A model generated the notes under the pieces. It was not told the origin of the DNA. It made no database searches and saw nothing but the letters and a program-made list of their open reading frames with translations. From Myxococcota bacterium (GTDB lineage Bacteria; Myxococcota; UBA4151), in assembly GCA_040260805.1 (NCBI GenBank), contig JBDQPD010000011.1, positions 1 to 46,937 on the forward strand: a DNA stretch of 46,937 bases, read 5' to 3'. This document shows, one piece after another, positions 19,131-27,186 of this stretch; position 1 is the stretch's first letter; each line of letters opens with the position of its first letter. A program made the translations under genes and the position numbers.

Positions 19131-19520
19131 TCACCCCGCTTTAGCGCAGAACCAAAGCCCTGCACCTGCGGATAGTACGCCAAGACTGCGATTCATCCAA
19201 TTCTTGTCCAGCGCTAGCCAAACTCCACCGCCGACTAGCGCGGCGCCTGCGCTGCAGCGTACGATTCGCCGGCGAGATGAGGGCGGTTTGACCGACACCT
19301 TGGGGCGCTCGGCGGACTGTTGTTTGACCATCATTCCATGCTTCGAGATGCCCTGAGCGCTTTTCCAGGTGACCTTAAGCTGGCGCTGCACCGCTCCATC
19401 GAGTTGACACGCAGGTCGCGCATCGTTGGACGTGCAATCGGCCGGCGGGCAATCCGCCGGCGGGTCTCCTGCCAGGCAACCCACCTGCAGGCTCATCAGG
19501 ACGAAAAGACTACTTAGCAT
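19131..19520 (-). CDS. small secreted hypothetical protein with C-terminal Gly-rich helical hairpin
   Basis: Hydrophobic N-terminus, a PPADC x2 repeat and two Gly-rich hydrophobic segments. It fills the gap exactly within a same-strand gene run. Confidence 0.55.
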   Translation of the reverse strand: MLSSLFVLMSLQVGCLAGDPPADCPPADCTSNDARPACQLDGAVQRQLKVTWKSAQGISKHGMMVKQQSAERPKVSVKPPSSRRRIVRCSAGAALVGGGVWLALDKNWMNRSLGVLSAGAGLWFCAKAG

Positions 19521-20346
19521 CCAGAACGATCAACGCTGCGCCGATCCCTGCGGTGGTCAAACCGACTCCGGTTGCGATCCAGCCGAAGTTGCCTTGTTCA
19601 CGCTCTAGCGGGTTGCTGAGCGAACCCAAGCCAGCCATCGAGATCATGGTACCCACCGAAGCGGCGGTCCACGCATAGATCTTCCTCTGGGAGTGCCCGT
19701 AAGCGTATGGTGGGTCTAGAGCCAGCTTGAACAAAGCTAAGCCCTCTTTGAGTTCGCCCTTGCGAGCGCCTGCGTGGCTGTCCACCAGCGCTTCCACGCT
19801 TTCAAGCGCAGCCAGCAGTTCCTTTTTCTTTCCGCTCACAGCGGCGGCATCGGTCGGATCAACATCTTTCAACGGGGTCAGCTTCTCGTGAGCGCTAACC
19901 CAAGCAGCTTTACCAGCAGCTCCTTGACTGCGAACGCTCTGCATATCGATCCAGCTACCCGAAGCGATCGAGAAGGCTCCAGCCGTTCGAGCCTGCTCGA
20001 CGATCGAAGCGGGATCCATAGCGGCTTCTAAGCCCTTCAATGAATCGGCTCTCATCGCCAGCGCAAAGACGACCTGACCCCCGACGTTCAGCTTAGCGAC
20101 TTTGTCGTCAGCCTTAGCAGGCTCAGCCGGCGCTGCGAGCGGCGCAGGCGCAGGCTCAGCCGCTGGTTCAGGAGCAGCAGCAGCTTCCTCTACAGCGGCG
20201 GGCTCAGCGGGCTCCTCGGCAGCGGCTTCAGGTGCCGCCTCGGCTGCAGCTTCGGCAGGCGCTTCAGCGACGGGCGCCTCTTGCGCACGCGCCTGGGCGG
20301 AGAAGATCATGCAGGTCAGGCTCAGTGCAGTAGCGATTCGGCGCAT
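19510..20346 (-). CDS. secreted hypothetical protein with Ala/Glu/Pro linker and C-terminal Gly-rich helices
   Basis: Signal peptide ending in AQARA, an EAPAEAAAE low-complexity region and two C-terminal hydrophobic helices. AAGGAG SD upstream. Confidence 0.75.
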   Translation of the reverse strand: MRRIATALSLTCMIFSAQARAQEAPVAEAPAEAAAEAAPEAAAEEPAEPAAVEEAAAAPEPAAEPAPAPLAAPAEPAKADDKVAKLNVGGQVVFALAMRADSLKGLEAAMDPASIVEQARTAGAFSIASGSWIDMQSVRSQGAAGKAAWVSAHEKLTPLKDVDPTDAAAVSGKKKELLAALESVEALVDSHAGARKGELKEGLALFKLALDPPYAYGHSQRKIYAWTAASVGTMISMAGLGSLSNPLEREQGNFGWIATGVGLTTAGIGAALIVLDAK

Positions 20347-20491
20347 AAAAGATGCTCCTTATAGAGTGGTCGCTTCCTAGCCAGCGAAGGGGGCGGCCCG
20401 CAAGCCGTCAATTAGCCCACAAGACTCAGGATGTGCCCAATATGTGTCGGGAAACTTGACCCGGATAGGTCCTGCAACGCAAATCATCCTT

Positions 20492-21547
20492 ATGGCCACC
20501 TTGATCACAGGATTCCCGAGATTCGTCGCAACCGTCCTGGTTGAGCGCTTACGTGAGGTTGAACCCAGCGAAGAGGTTCACCTGGTTGTGATGCCCGAAA
20601 AGGTCGCATTTGCTCGTAAGAAGCTAGGCAGACCTAAAAATTTTACGATCCATCGTGGCGACGTCGCCTCCACCGACCTTGGGCTGAGCGCAGAAAGCCT
20701 AAACACCCTGTTGCCAACGGTCCGAAGGATCATTCATTTCGCACAGATCCACCATCCCGGTGCCGGACGAAAAATCGGCTACCGGGTCAATGTTCACGGC
20801 ACCCAAAATGTACTGCGCTTCGCTCAGGACTGCGCTGAGATCCAGCGCGGGCCGGCTCCAAGACTTGTCCACCTAAGTAGCCTGTTCGTCCTTGGCGCGG
20901 GTTCAGGAAGGGTCAATGCGGAGGCAAGAGCTCAGCGCCCACGTCACCGCAACTGGTGGGAAGCGGCAGTGCATCGGGCGGAAGAGTTAGTGCTTCGCTC
21001 GGGGCTCCCCTACACCGTTTTGAGACCGGGCTTGATCATTGGCGATTCAAAGACCGGCAAAATCGACAAGCTCGGAGGGCTTTACGAGCTTGGCGTCATG
21101 GCGGGTCAGCTGCCGCGGAACATGCCCTTACCGAGGCCTAGCGGCCAAGCGATGATGCACGCCACAGCAGCGGACACCTTAGCTGATGCAGCGCTCAAAC
21201 TGAGCCAGGCCGACGCCGCTTTAGGTCGTATTATCGCCCTCGATCATCCCCACCCGATCTCTGCGGTTGAGTTCATGCTTACGATCGCGTCCGAGAGTGG
21301 GCGCAAACTGGCTCGCTGGCCCATTCATATCGGGTTGGCAGGATCGGTTGCCAATACGCTTCTCGGCGGGTCTCCTGCGGCGCGAGAGGCAGCCTACTTG
21401 AACGATCGAAATCGTTACGATGCGCCCGACTCTCAGACGATTCTCAAAGCGCTCCAAGTGGACATGCCAGAACCCAGGCAGCTCCTAGATACCGCCATCG
21501 CCTTTACCAACGCTACCCTGCGCGCTCGGCGCGCTCACCGAGTCTAG
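20492..21547 (+). CDS. extended SDR / thioester-reductase-like protein with degenerate active site
   Basis: Motifs LITGFPRFVA, GDVASTDLGL, VNVHGTQNVL, HLSS and LRPGLIIGDSKTG. The YxxxK motif is replaced by WEAAV. Confidence 0.8.
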   Translation: MATLITGFPRFVATVLVERLREVEPSEEVHLVVMPEKVAFARKKLGRPKNFTIHRGDVASTDLGLSAESLNTLLPTVRRIIHFAQIHHPGAGRKIGYRVNVHGTQNVLRFAQDCAEIQRGPAPRLVHLSSLFVLGAGSGRVNAEARAQRPRHRNWWEAAVHRAEELVLRSGLPYTVLRPGLIIGDSKTGKIDKLGGLYELGVMAGQLPRNMPLPRPSGQAMMHATAADTLADAALKLSQADAALGRIIALDHPHPISAVEFMLTIASESGRKLARWPIHIGLAGSVANTLLGGSPAAREAAYLNDRNRYDAPDSQTILKALQVDMPEPRQLLDTAIAFTNATLRARRAHRV

Positions 21548-21604
21548 AAAACGCCACGCTAATCGCTAGCCCCTAGGGCTAGGGCCTGCTACGGCGCCGC
21601 AGCA

Positions 21605-22291
21605 ATGAACCTGCAACCGATCATTCGAGCCGATGGACTTTGTCGCCGCCAAGGGCTTCGCTGGGTACTGGTGCATCTTAATTTTGAGCTGCAAACGGGC
21701 GAATCGTTGTTGCTGGCTGGTGGTAACGGTGCGGGCAAGAGCACGCTCCTGCGTTTGCTCAGCACGCTGACGCCTCCGAGTCAGGGTGAACTCGAGCTGT
21801 TTGGCACCTCGGTCAAAGTCAATCGTCGACCACAGCGCAACCGGATTGGACTGCTCGGTCATACCAACCAACTGTATCCGGAGTTGACGCCGAGCGATCA
21901 CCTGCAGCTCTGGTCAAGGCTTGCGGGTATGGAGCTTCCCAAGGGTCTTCTCGATCGCGTGGAGCTTGCTGATCGAGCGCATGACCCGGCTAGAACCTTC
22001 AGCGCAGGGATGTGTAAACGGCTAGCGCTCGCTCGACTGATGCTCCTAAACCCGGACTTGATCTTACTGGATGAGCCTTTTGGGCAGCTTGATGCTCAGG
22101 GTGTTTCGCTGATGCAAGAAGCCGTCGAGGGTTGGCGCGATCAAGGGAAAACCGTCGTCCTGGCGACCCATCTGATCGAACGGGGCAAGCCGCTTTGCGA
22201 CCGAGCCCTCCTGCTTGCTCATGGTCGTCTCAAATGGACAGGTCCGGCAGCTGAGCTCTCGGCTTCGATGGTTGCGGGAGCCGACTCATGA
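21605..22291 (+). CDS. ccmA: heme exporter ATP-binding protein CcmA
   Basis: Motifs GGNGAGKST, FSAGM and ILLDEPF. First gene of the ccm operon. Confidence 0.92.
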   Translation: MNLQPIIRADGLCRRQGLRWVLVHLNFELQTGESLLLAGGNGAGKSTLLRLLSTLTPPSQGELELFGTSVKVNRRPQRNRIGLLGHTNQLYPELTPSDHLQLWSRLAGMELPKGLLDRVELADRAHDPARTFSAGMCKRLALARLMLLNPDLILLDEPFGQLDAQGVSLMQEAVEGWRDQGKTVVLATHLIERGKPLCDRALLLAHGRLKWTGPAAELSASMVAGADS

Positions 22292-22944
22292 TGGCGTTGC
22301 TGCACAAAGAGTTCTTACTCGCTTGGCGGGGGCGAGCCCGCGTCGCTGCTTCGCTCACCTTCGCGGCAGCGACTTTGTTGATGTTTAGTTTCTCTGCGGG
22401 CGCCGACGGGCGACTCCTGCAGCGATTGGCGCCGGGGTTCCTCTGGCTTGCGATCCTGCTCGCCAGCACGCTGACGCTTCAAGCCAGCTTTGATGCTGAG
22501 ACTCAAGACGGCGCATTAGATGGTTTGATCCTGAGCGCTTCAGCGGCGTCTATTTTCTATGCCAAGGCGCTGACCAACTGGCTCTTTCTAGCGGCTCTAG
22601 GCTTCGTCTTGCTTCCACTGATCGCTGCTTTGTTCGATGCACAACTTGGTGCGCTGGATCGATTGATGTCGGTCTTACTGCTCGGCACAGCCGGACTCGC
22701 CGCTCCGGGGACGCTCTACGCTGCGCTCGCTGGGCGCTCGCGCGCCGCGGGTTTGATGCTACCCTTGCTGTATTTTCCTTTGGTGATCCCTGCGTTGGTG
22801 AGCTCGGTCAAAGCCAGTGAATTGGCATTCTTTGGCGATCCGATGAATCAATGGGGTGGTTGGATGAGTCTCTTGCTCGCCTTCTGCTTGATCTTTTGGT
22901 CCTTATGCGGAGCCTTGAGCACCGCTATTTTGGAGGACGGATGA
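22288..22944 (+). CDS. ccmB: heme exporter permease CcmB
   Basis: About six TM segments with PGFLW, DGALDGL and LPLLYFPLVIP motifs. Confidence 0.92.
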   Translation: MMALLHKEFLLAWRGRARVAASLTFAAATLLMFSFSAGADGRLLQRLAPGFLWLAILLASTLTLQASFDAETQDGALDGLILSASAASIFYAKALTNWLFLAALGFVLLPLIAALFDAQLGALDRLMSVLLLGTAGLAAPGTLYAALAGRSRAAGLMLPLLYFPLVIPALVSSVKASELAFFGDPMNQWGGWMSLLLAFCLIFWSLCGALSTAILEDG

Positions 22945-23618
22945 CTCGACAGCGCGTCGCCGCAGCCTTTGCTCTGGTCGGCTTAGGTCTTCTTAGCTGG
23001 GGTTCGTACCTCGGCCTTTGGGTGGCACCACCTGATCGGTACATGGGCGATGTGCAGCGCATTATGTACGTTCACGTTCCCACCGCTTGGCTCGCTTTGG
23101 TCGTCTTCACGCTAGCCTTCGTCTATGCGCTCTTGTTCTTGATTCGGCGCACCTGGCGCTGGGACGCTCTGCACGAAGCCACCCTCGAAATAGGGGTCTT
23201 GTACACTGCGCTGCTGTGCATCCAGGGCGCGCTCTGGGGTAAGCCAACCTGGGGCGTCTACTGGGCTTGGGACCCCCGCCTGACGACGGTGGCGGTTATG
23301 CTGCTCAGCTTCGCAGGGATCCTGAGTTTACGTCATTTCCTCGACGACCCCCTGCGTCGCGCCAGCTGGTCGGCTACCGCCACCATTCTCGCCTCCGCAA
23401 ATGTACCTGTAGTCTACTATTCGGTTCGCTGGTGGAACTCACTGCACCAGCTCCAAAGCACACCTAAAACAGTGAACTCGGCGATGGTGGAGCCCTTGCG
23501 TATTAACGCCTTCGGGTTGCTTGCGCTGACCATCGCTTTGATCATGATCCGCTCGTGGATCGCAGAAGCCAGAAGGCGGCGTGATCTCGCGCCCCCCCTG
23601 CCGGAGATTGAAGCATGA
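22941..23618 (+). CDS. ccmC: heme exporter / heme delivery protein CcmC
   Basis: Motifs RIMYVHVP, WGKPTWGVYWAWDPRLT (WWD domain) and WWNSLHQ. ATGA overlap with ccmB. Confidence 0.95.
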   Translation: MTRQRVAAAFALVGLGLLSWGSYLGLWVAPPDRYMGDVQRIMYVHVPTAWLALVVFTLAFVYALLFLIRRTWRWDALHEATLEIGVLYTALLCIQGALWGKPTWGVYWAWDPRLTTVAVMLLSFAGILSLRHFLDDPLRRASWSATATILASANVPVVYYSVRWWNSLHQLQSTPKTVNSAMVEPLRINAFGLLALTIALIMIRSWIAEARRRRDLAPPLPEIEA

Positions 23619-23740
23619 CCGGAATGATTCAAGGGGGCTGGGAGTTCGTATGGGCAGCCTATGGTATTACCGGTGTAGCGATGGGGATCTACATCGCGAG
23701 CCTTTGGATCCGTTGGAAAGCCGAGGACAAAAGCGAATGA
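23615..23740 (+). CDS. ccmD: heme exporter protein CcmD (41 aa; not in ORF track)
   Basis: Manual translation gives MTGMIQGGWEFVWAAYGITGVAMGIYIASLWIRWKAEDKSE*. It has the VWxxYG motif, one TM and a charged tail, with ATGA overlaps to both ccmC and ccmE. Confidence 0.85.
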   Translation: MTGMIQGGWEFVWAAYGITGVAMGIYIASLWIRWKAEDKSE

Positions 23741-24222
23741 ATGACCAGGAACGGGTAGAGCTTGCGCCGCTCCCGAAGAACGCAAAGATCCTAGCGATCT
23801 CAGCCGTCATCATCGCCGGCGTTGGGCTCGCCTTGGTCACCATGGGCGGCTTGGGCGATAACCTCATCTTCTACTGGACCCCAACCGAGATGAAAGCAGC
23901 CGGCGAAAAAGCCTACGGCGCGACCATCCGACTCGGTGGTCAGGTCGTCGAAGGTTCGATCGACAAAGACCCTGCGGGGACGAAGCTGAGCTTTGATGTC
24001 AGCGACGGCACCACGTCGTTTCGCGTCGATGCCGAGGGCATGCCCCCAGCCATGTTCCGCGAGAAAATCGGGGTCGTTGTCGAGGGTACATTGCTGCGCT
24101 CGAACCATTTTGCCTCCAACCGTTTGATGGTCAAGCACGACAATGAGTACCGCGCTCCGGGTGAGCAAGACGGTGACACCAAAGAATTAATGAAAACAAC
24201 CAAAGGTTTAGAGACTCCATGA
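23737..24222 (+). CDS. ccmE: heme chaperone CcmE
   Basis: Motifs NLIFYWTPTE, IRLGGQV, PAMFRE..GVVVEG and KHDNEY (HxxxY heme site). Confidence 0.95.
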   Translation: MNDQERVELAPLPKNAKILAISAVIIAGVGLALVTMGGLGDNLIFYWTPTEMKAAGEKAYGATIRLGGQVVEGSIDKDPAGTKLSFDVSDGTTSFRVDAEGMPPAMFREKIGVVVEGTLLRSNHFASNRLMVKHDNEYRAPGEQDGDTKELMKTTKGLETP

Positions 24223-26147
24223 TTTCGATCATCGGGCAGAGTATGATTTTGGTCGCGTTGATCAGCGCTGGCGCAGGGTCTATTCTCGCTTTTATCTCAG
24301 CAAAGAAAGACTCTGCTGAGGGAACGAATTGGGCTCGTCGGGCTGCACAACTCTTCTCGATCCTTCTGATCGCTGCCAACTTCTTGATGGTCTACGCCTT
24401 ACTGGCGCCCGACTTTTCGGTGGGCTATGTCGCCAAAGTCGGCTCGACCACAGTACCCACCTGGGTGGCTGTGGTCAGTTTGTGGTCATCGCTTGAGGGC
24501 TCCATCTTGTTCTGGGGCGCTATGCTCGGTGTCTACGTCCTGGTGTCTGTTCGAGACCTAGGCGATCATCACCCTGAGCACCTCCCCTATTTCCTCGGCG
24601 TCCTCCTCGCTTGTGGGGTCTTCTTTACCTTCTTGCTCGCAGGTCCTGCGAATCCGTTTACGAGCGTTCCCAACCCGCTGACCGAAGGACCTGGTCCCAA
24701 CCCTTTGCTGCAAAACCACATCCTCATGATCATCCATCCGCCGATGCTCTATGGCGGATATGTCGGAATGACCGTCCCCTTTGCCTTGGCGATGGCGGCG
24801 CTTCTAGCGGGTAACCTTGGCGCTGATTTCGTACCTCGCTTGCGGCGCTGGCTGATGATCCCTTGGATCTTCCTGACCGGTGGTATCGTGCTCGGCGGCT
24901 GGTGGGCTTATGAGGTCTTAGGCTGGGGCGGCTATTGGGACTGGGACCCGGTCGAAAACGCGTCGTTCTTCCCCTGGCTGACCGCAACCGCAGCGCTGCA
25001 TTCAGTGATCGTCGTCAAACGTCGAGGCACCCTAAAGATTTGGTCGGTTACGCTTATTTTAGCGACCTTCTTGCTGACCATTTTAGGGACCTTCATGACC
25101 CGCTCAGGGGTCTTCAACTCGGTCCACAGCTTCACTCAGAGCGATATTGGTCCTACCTTTCTAGTGTTCCTAGCGATCTGCTTTGTGGCGGTGATTTTAG
25201 CCCTAGCTGCACGCATGGACCGGCTCGAGGGCGGCGCCGGAGTGCGTGATGTCAAGAGCCGTGAGGCGATGTTCTTACTCAACAACCTCTTCTTCGTTTT
25301 GTTCACCTTCGTGGTGGTGATCGGCACGGTCTTTCCGCTGCTTGTCGAGGCGATTAAAGGGGTCAAGATCAGCGTGGGTTCCCCCTACTTCAACGCGATG
25401 TCGGTTCCGCTTGGCGTCGGCATCTTGTTCCTGATGGGTGTCGGTCCTGCGCTGCCCTGGGGGGTCGCCTCGGTCGAGCGCACCAAGAAGGCTCTGCTCC
25501 CACCGCTTATCGGCGGCGTCATCGGTCTAGCGATCGCCCTGCCCCTCGGGCTGACGAATGGCTGGGCGCTCGCTACCTGCTTCGCTGGCGGCTACACACT
25601 GGTGGTCACGACCCAGCAATTTGGTCTCGGCTTTGGGCGACGCGGCTTGATGGGAACGATCTCGCACCTGCTCGGACCAGACCGCCAGCGCTTCGGCGCG
25701 TATACGGTTCATTCAGGGGTGGTCATGATCATCGTTGCGATCGCGGTGTCGCACACCATGCGCAGTCACAGCGAGACGACGCTGCTCAAAGGCGACTCGG
25801 CTTCGATCGGTCCCTATTCACTGACCTTCATTGATGTTGAGAATACGGTCGAACCGCACCGACGGGTGTTGGCGGCTCGGATCGCCGTCGAGCAAAATGG
25901 CCAGCCAATCGGCGAGCTTAGGCCTGCGATTAATCACTACCACACCCAGCGCGAACCGATCGGGACGCCGGCGGTGCGTGTCGGGATTTTGTCCGATCTT
26001 TATCTGTCGATGATGAGCTACGAGACCAAGAGCGGTAAGCTCGGCTTGCGAGCGTTTATCAATCCCCTGGTGTCGTGGATTTGGTTCGGCACCTTGGTGA
26101 TGGTCTTTGGCGGCTTTTTAGCGGTCCTGCCACGGCGACAAACATGA
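24219..26147 (+). CDS. ccmF: cytochrome c heme lyase CcmF
   Basis: Motifs EGSILFW, NPLLQN..IHPPMLY, WAYEVLGWGGYWDWDPVENAS and TRSG..SVHSF. Confidence 0.97.
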   Translation: MISIIGQSMILVALISAGAGSILAFISAKKDSAEGTNWARRAAQLFSILLIAANFLMVYALLAPDFSVGYVAKVGSTTVPTWVAVVSLWSSLEGSILFWGAMLGVYVLVSVRDLGDHHPEHLPYFLGVLLACGVFFTFLLAGPANPFTSVPNPLTEGPGPNPLLQNHILMIIHPPMLYGGYVGMTVPFALAMAALLAGNLGADFVPRLRRWLMIPWIFLTGGIVLGGWWAYEVLGWGGYWDWDPVENASFFPWLTATAALHSVIVVKRRGTLKIWSVTLILATFLLTILGTFMTRSGVFNSVHSFTQSDIGPTFLVFLAICFVAVILALAARMDRLEGGAGVRDVKSREAMFLLNNLFFVLFTFVVVIGTVFPLLVEAIKGVKISVGSPYFNAMSVPLGVGILFLMGVGPALPWGVASVERTKKALLPPLIGGVIGLAIALPLGLTNGWALATCFAGGYTLVVTTQQFGLGFGRRGLMGTISHLLGPDRQRFGAYTVHSGVVMIIVAIAVSHTMRSHSETTLLKGDSASIGPYSLTFIDVENTVEPHRRVLAARIAVEQNGQPIGELRPAINHYHTQREPIGTPAVRVGILSDLYLSMMSYETKSGKLGLRAFINPLVSWIWFGTLVMVFGGFLAVLPRRQT

Positions 26148-26668
26148 ACCGCACGGTCCTGATCATTGGCTTGGTGCTGACAGCTCCCTTGGTTTGGATC
26201 TTAGCGTCCGGGTTTGGTAAAAACCCCCACGCGATCGATTCGCCTTTAGTGGGACGTGCGGCGCCAACCTTTGCGCTGCGCCAACTCAACGGCGGCGAGA
26301 CGGTTGGCTTGACTCAAGGTGGACAACCGACCGTGGTTAATTTCTGGGCAACTTGGTGTCGCCCCTGCGTTCAAGAGCACGGCGTGCTCACCGCAGCAGC
26401 GGCTCGCTACCGCGGCAAAGTTAAGTTTATGGGGATCGTCTACGAAGACACCGAAGAGCGCATCCGTGCTTATCTGAAGCGAAGCGGCGCAGCGTACCCG
26501 ACGCTGATCGATGAAGCGGGCAAAACCGCCATCGCTTATGGGGTTTATGGTGTTCCCGAGACCTTCTTTATCGATGCTAAAGGGCAGATCCTCTACAAAC
26601 ACGCTGGCCCGCTCAACCCCCAGAGCATCGAGGGTTATTTACGCAAGCTGACGCAGGGTTCGCCATGA
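26144..26668 (+). CDS. ccmG: thiol:disulfide interchange protein CcmG/DsbE
   Basis: Motifs NFWATWCRPC and YGVYGVPETFFID, with an N-terminal TM. Confidence 0.92.
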   Translation: MNRTVLIIGLVLTAPLVWILASGFGKNPHAIDSPLVGRAAPTFALRQLNGGETVGLTQGGQPTVVNFWATWCRPCVQEHGVLTAAAARYRGKVKFMGIVYEDTEERIRAYLKRSGAAYPTLIDEAGKTAIAYGVYGVPETFFIDAKGQILYKHAGPLNPQSIEGYLRKLTQGSP

Positions 26669-27186
26669 TCGCTCAGCTCGCTTTGCTCGCCGCTGTCTCG
26701 CTACCCGATGTCTCGGCGGTCGTGGGTCCACCGAGCTCGACACCGATCTCGGGCAAGGCACTCGAAGAGCACACCGAACAGCTCTCCGACACCATTCGCT
26801 GCCCCGTGTGTCAGGGAAGCTCAGTCGGTGACAGCCCCTCCGAGATGGCGCGTAATATGAAGCAGCAAGTCAAAGAGTTGCTGGCGCTCGGCTTCGATGA
26901 CGAGCAGATCATTGTGTACTTCGAGGCGTCGTACGGCGAGTTCATTCGCCTTGAGCCGAGTAAGAAGGGTCTAAACGCTCTGGTCTGGCTTGCGCCATTA
27001 GTCGCCTTAGTGCTTGGGGTCATCTTGGTGCTTAGGCGCCTCAGCGGTGCGCCCAAAGTGGACCACAGCCAGCAGCCAAGCCAAGGCGCTTTGCCTGACG
27101 ACCCCGACCTTGCACGCTGGGTGCTTAAAGTCCGCCAAGAGGTCTTTGGATGGCCTGATGGCGAGCCTCCAGAGGAGGCCTCATGA
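26665..27186 (+). CDS. ccmH: cytochrome c biogenesis protein CcmH
   Basis: Motifs IRCPVCQGSSVGDSP, YGEFI and LVWLAP. Confidence 0.93.
   Translation: MIAQLALLAAVSLPDVSAVVGPPSSTPISGKALEEHTEQLSDTIRCPVCQGSSVGDSPSEMARNMKQQVKELLALGFDDEQIIVYFEASYGEFIRLEPSKKGLNALVWLAPLVALVLGVILVLRRLSGAPKVDHSQQPSQGALPDDPDLARWVLKVRQEVFGWPDGEPPEEAS

Noticed and set aside
20100..20290. Repetitive GCN-rich tract
   Set aside because: It encodes the Ala/Glu/Pro linker of 19510-20346. There are no fixed-length repeats with spacers, so it is not CRISPR or a VNTR.
23581..23736. N-terminal extension of CcmE in the ORF track
   Set aside because: This interval is occupied by the end of ccmC and by ccmD in another frame. The real ccmE start is ATG 23737.
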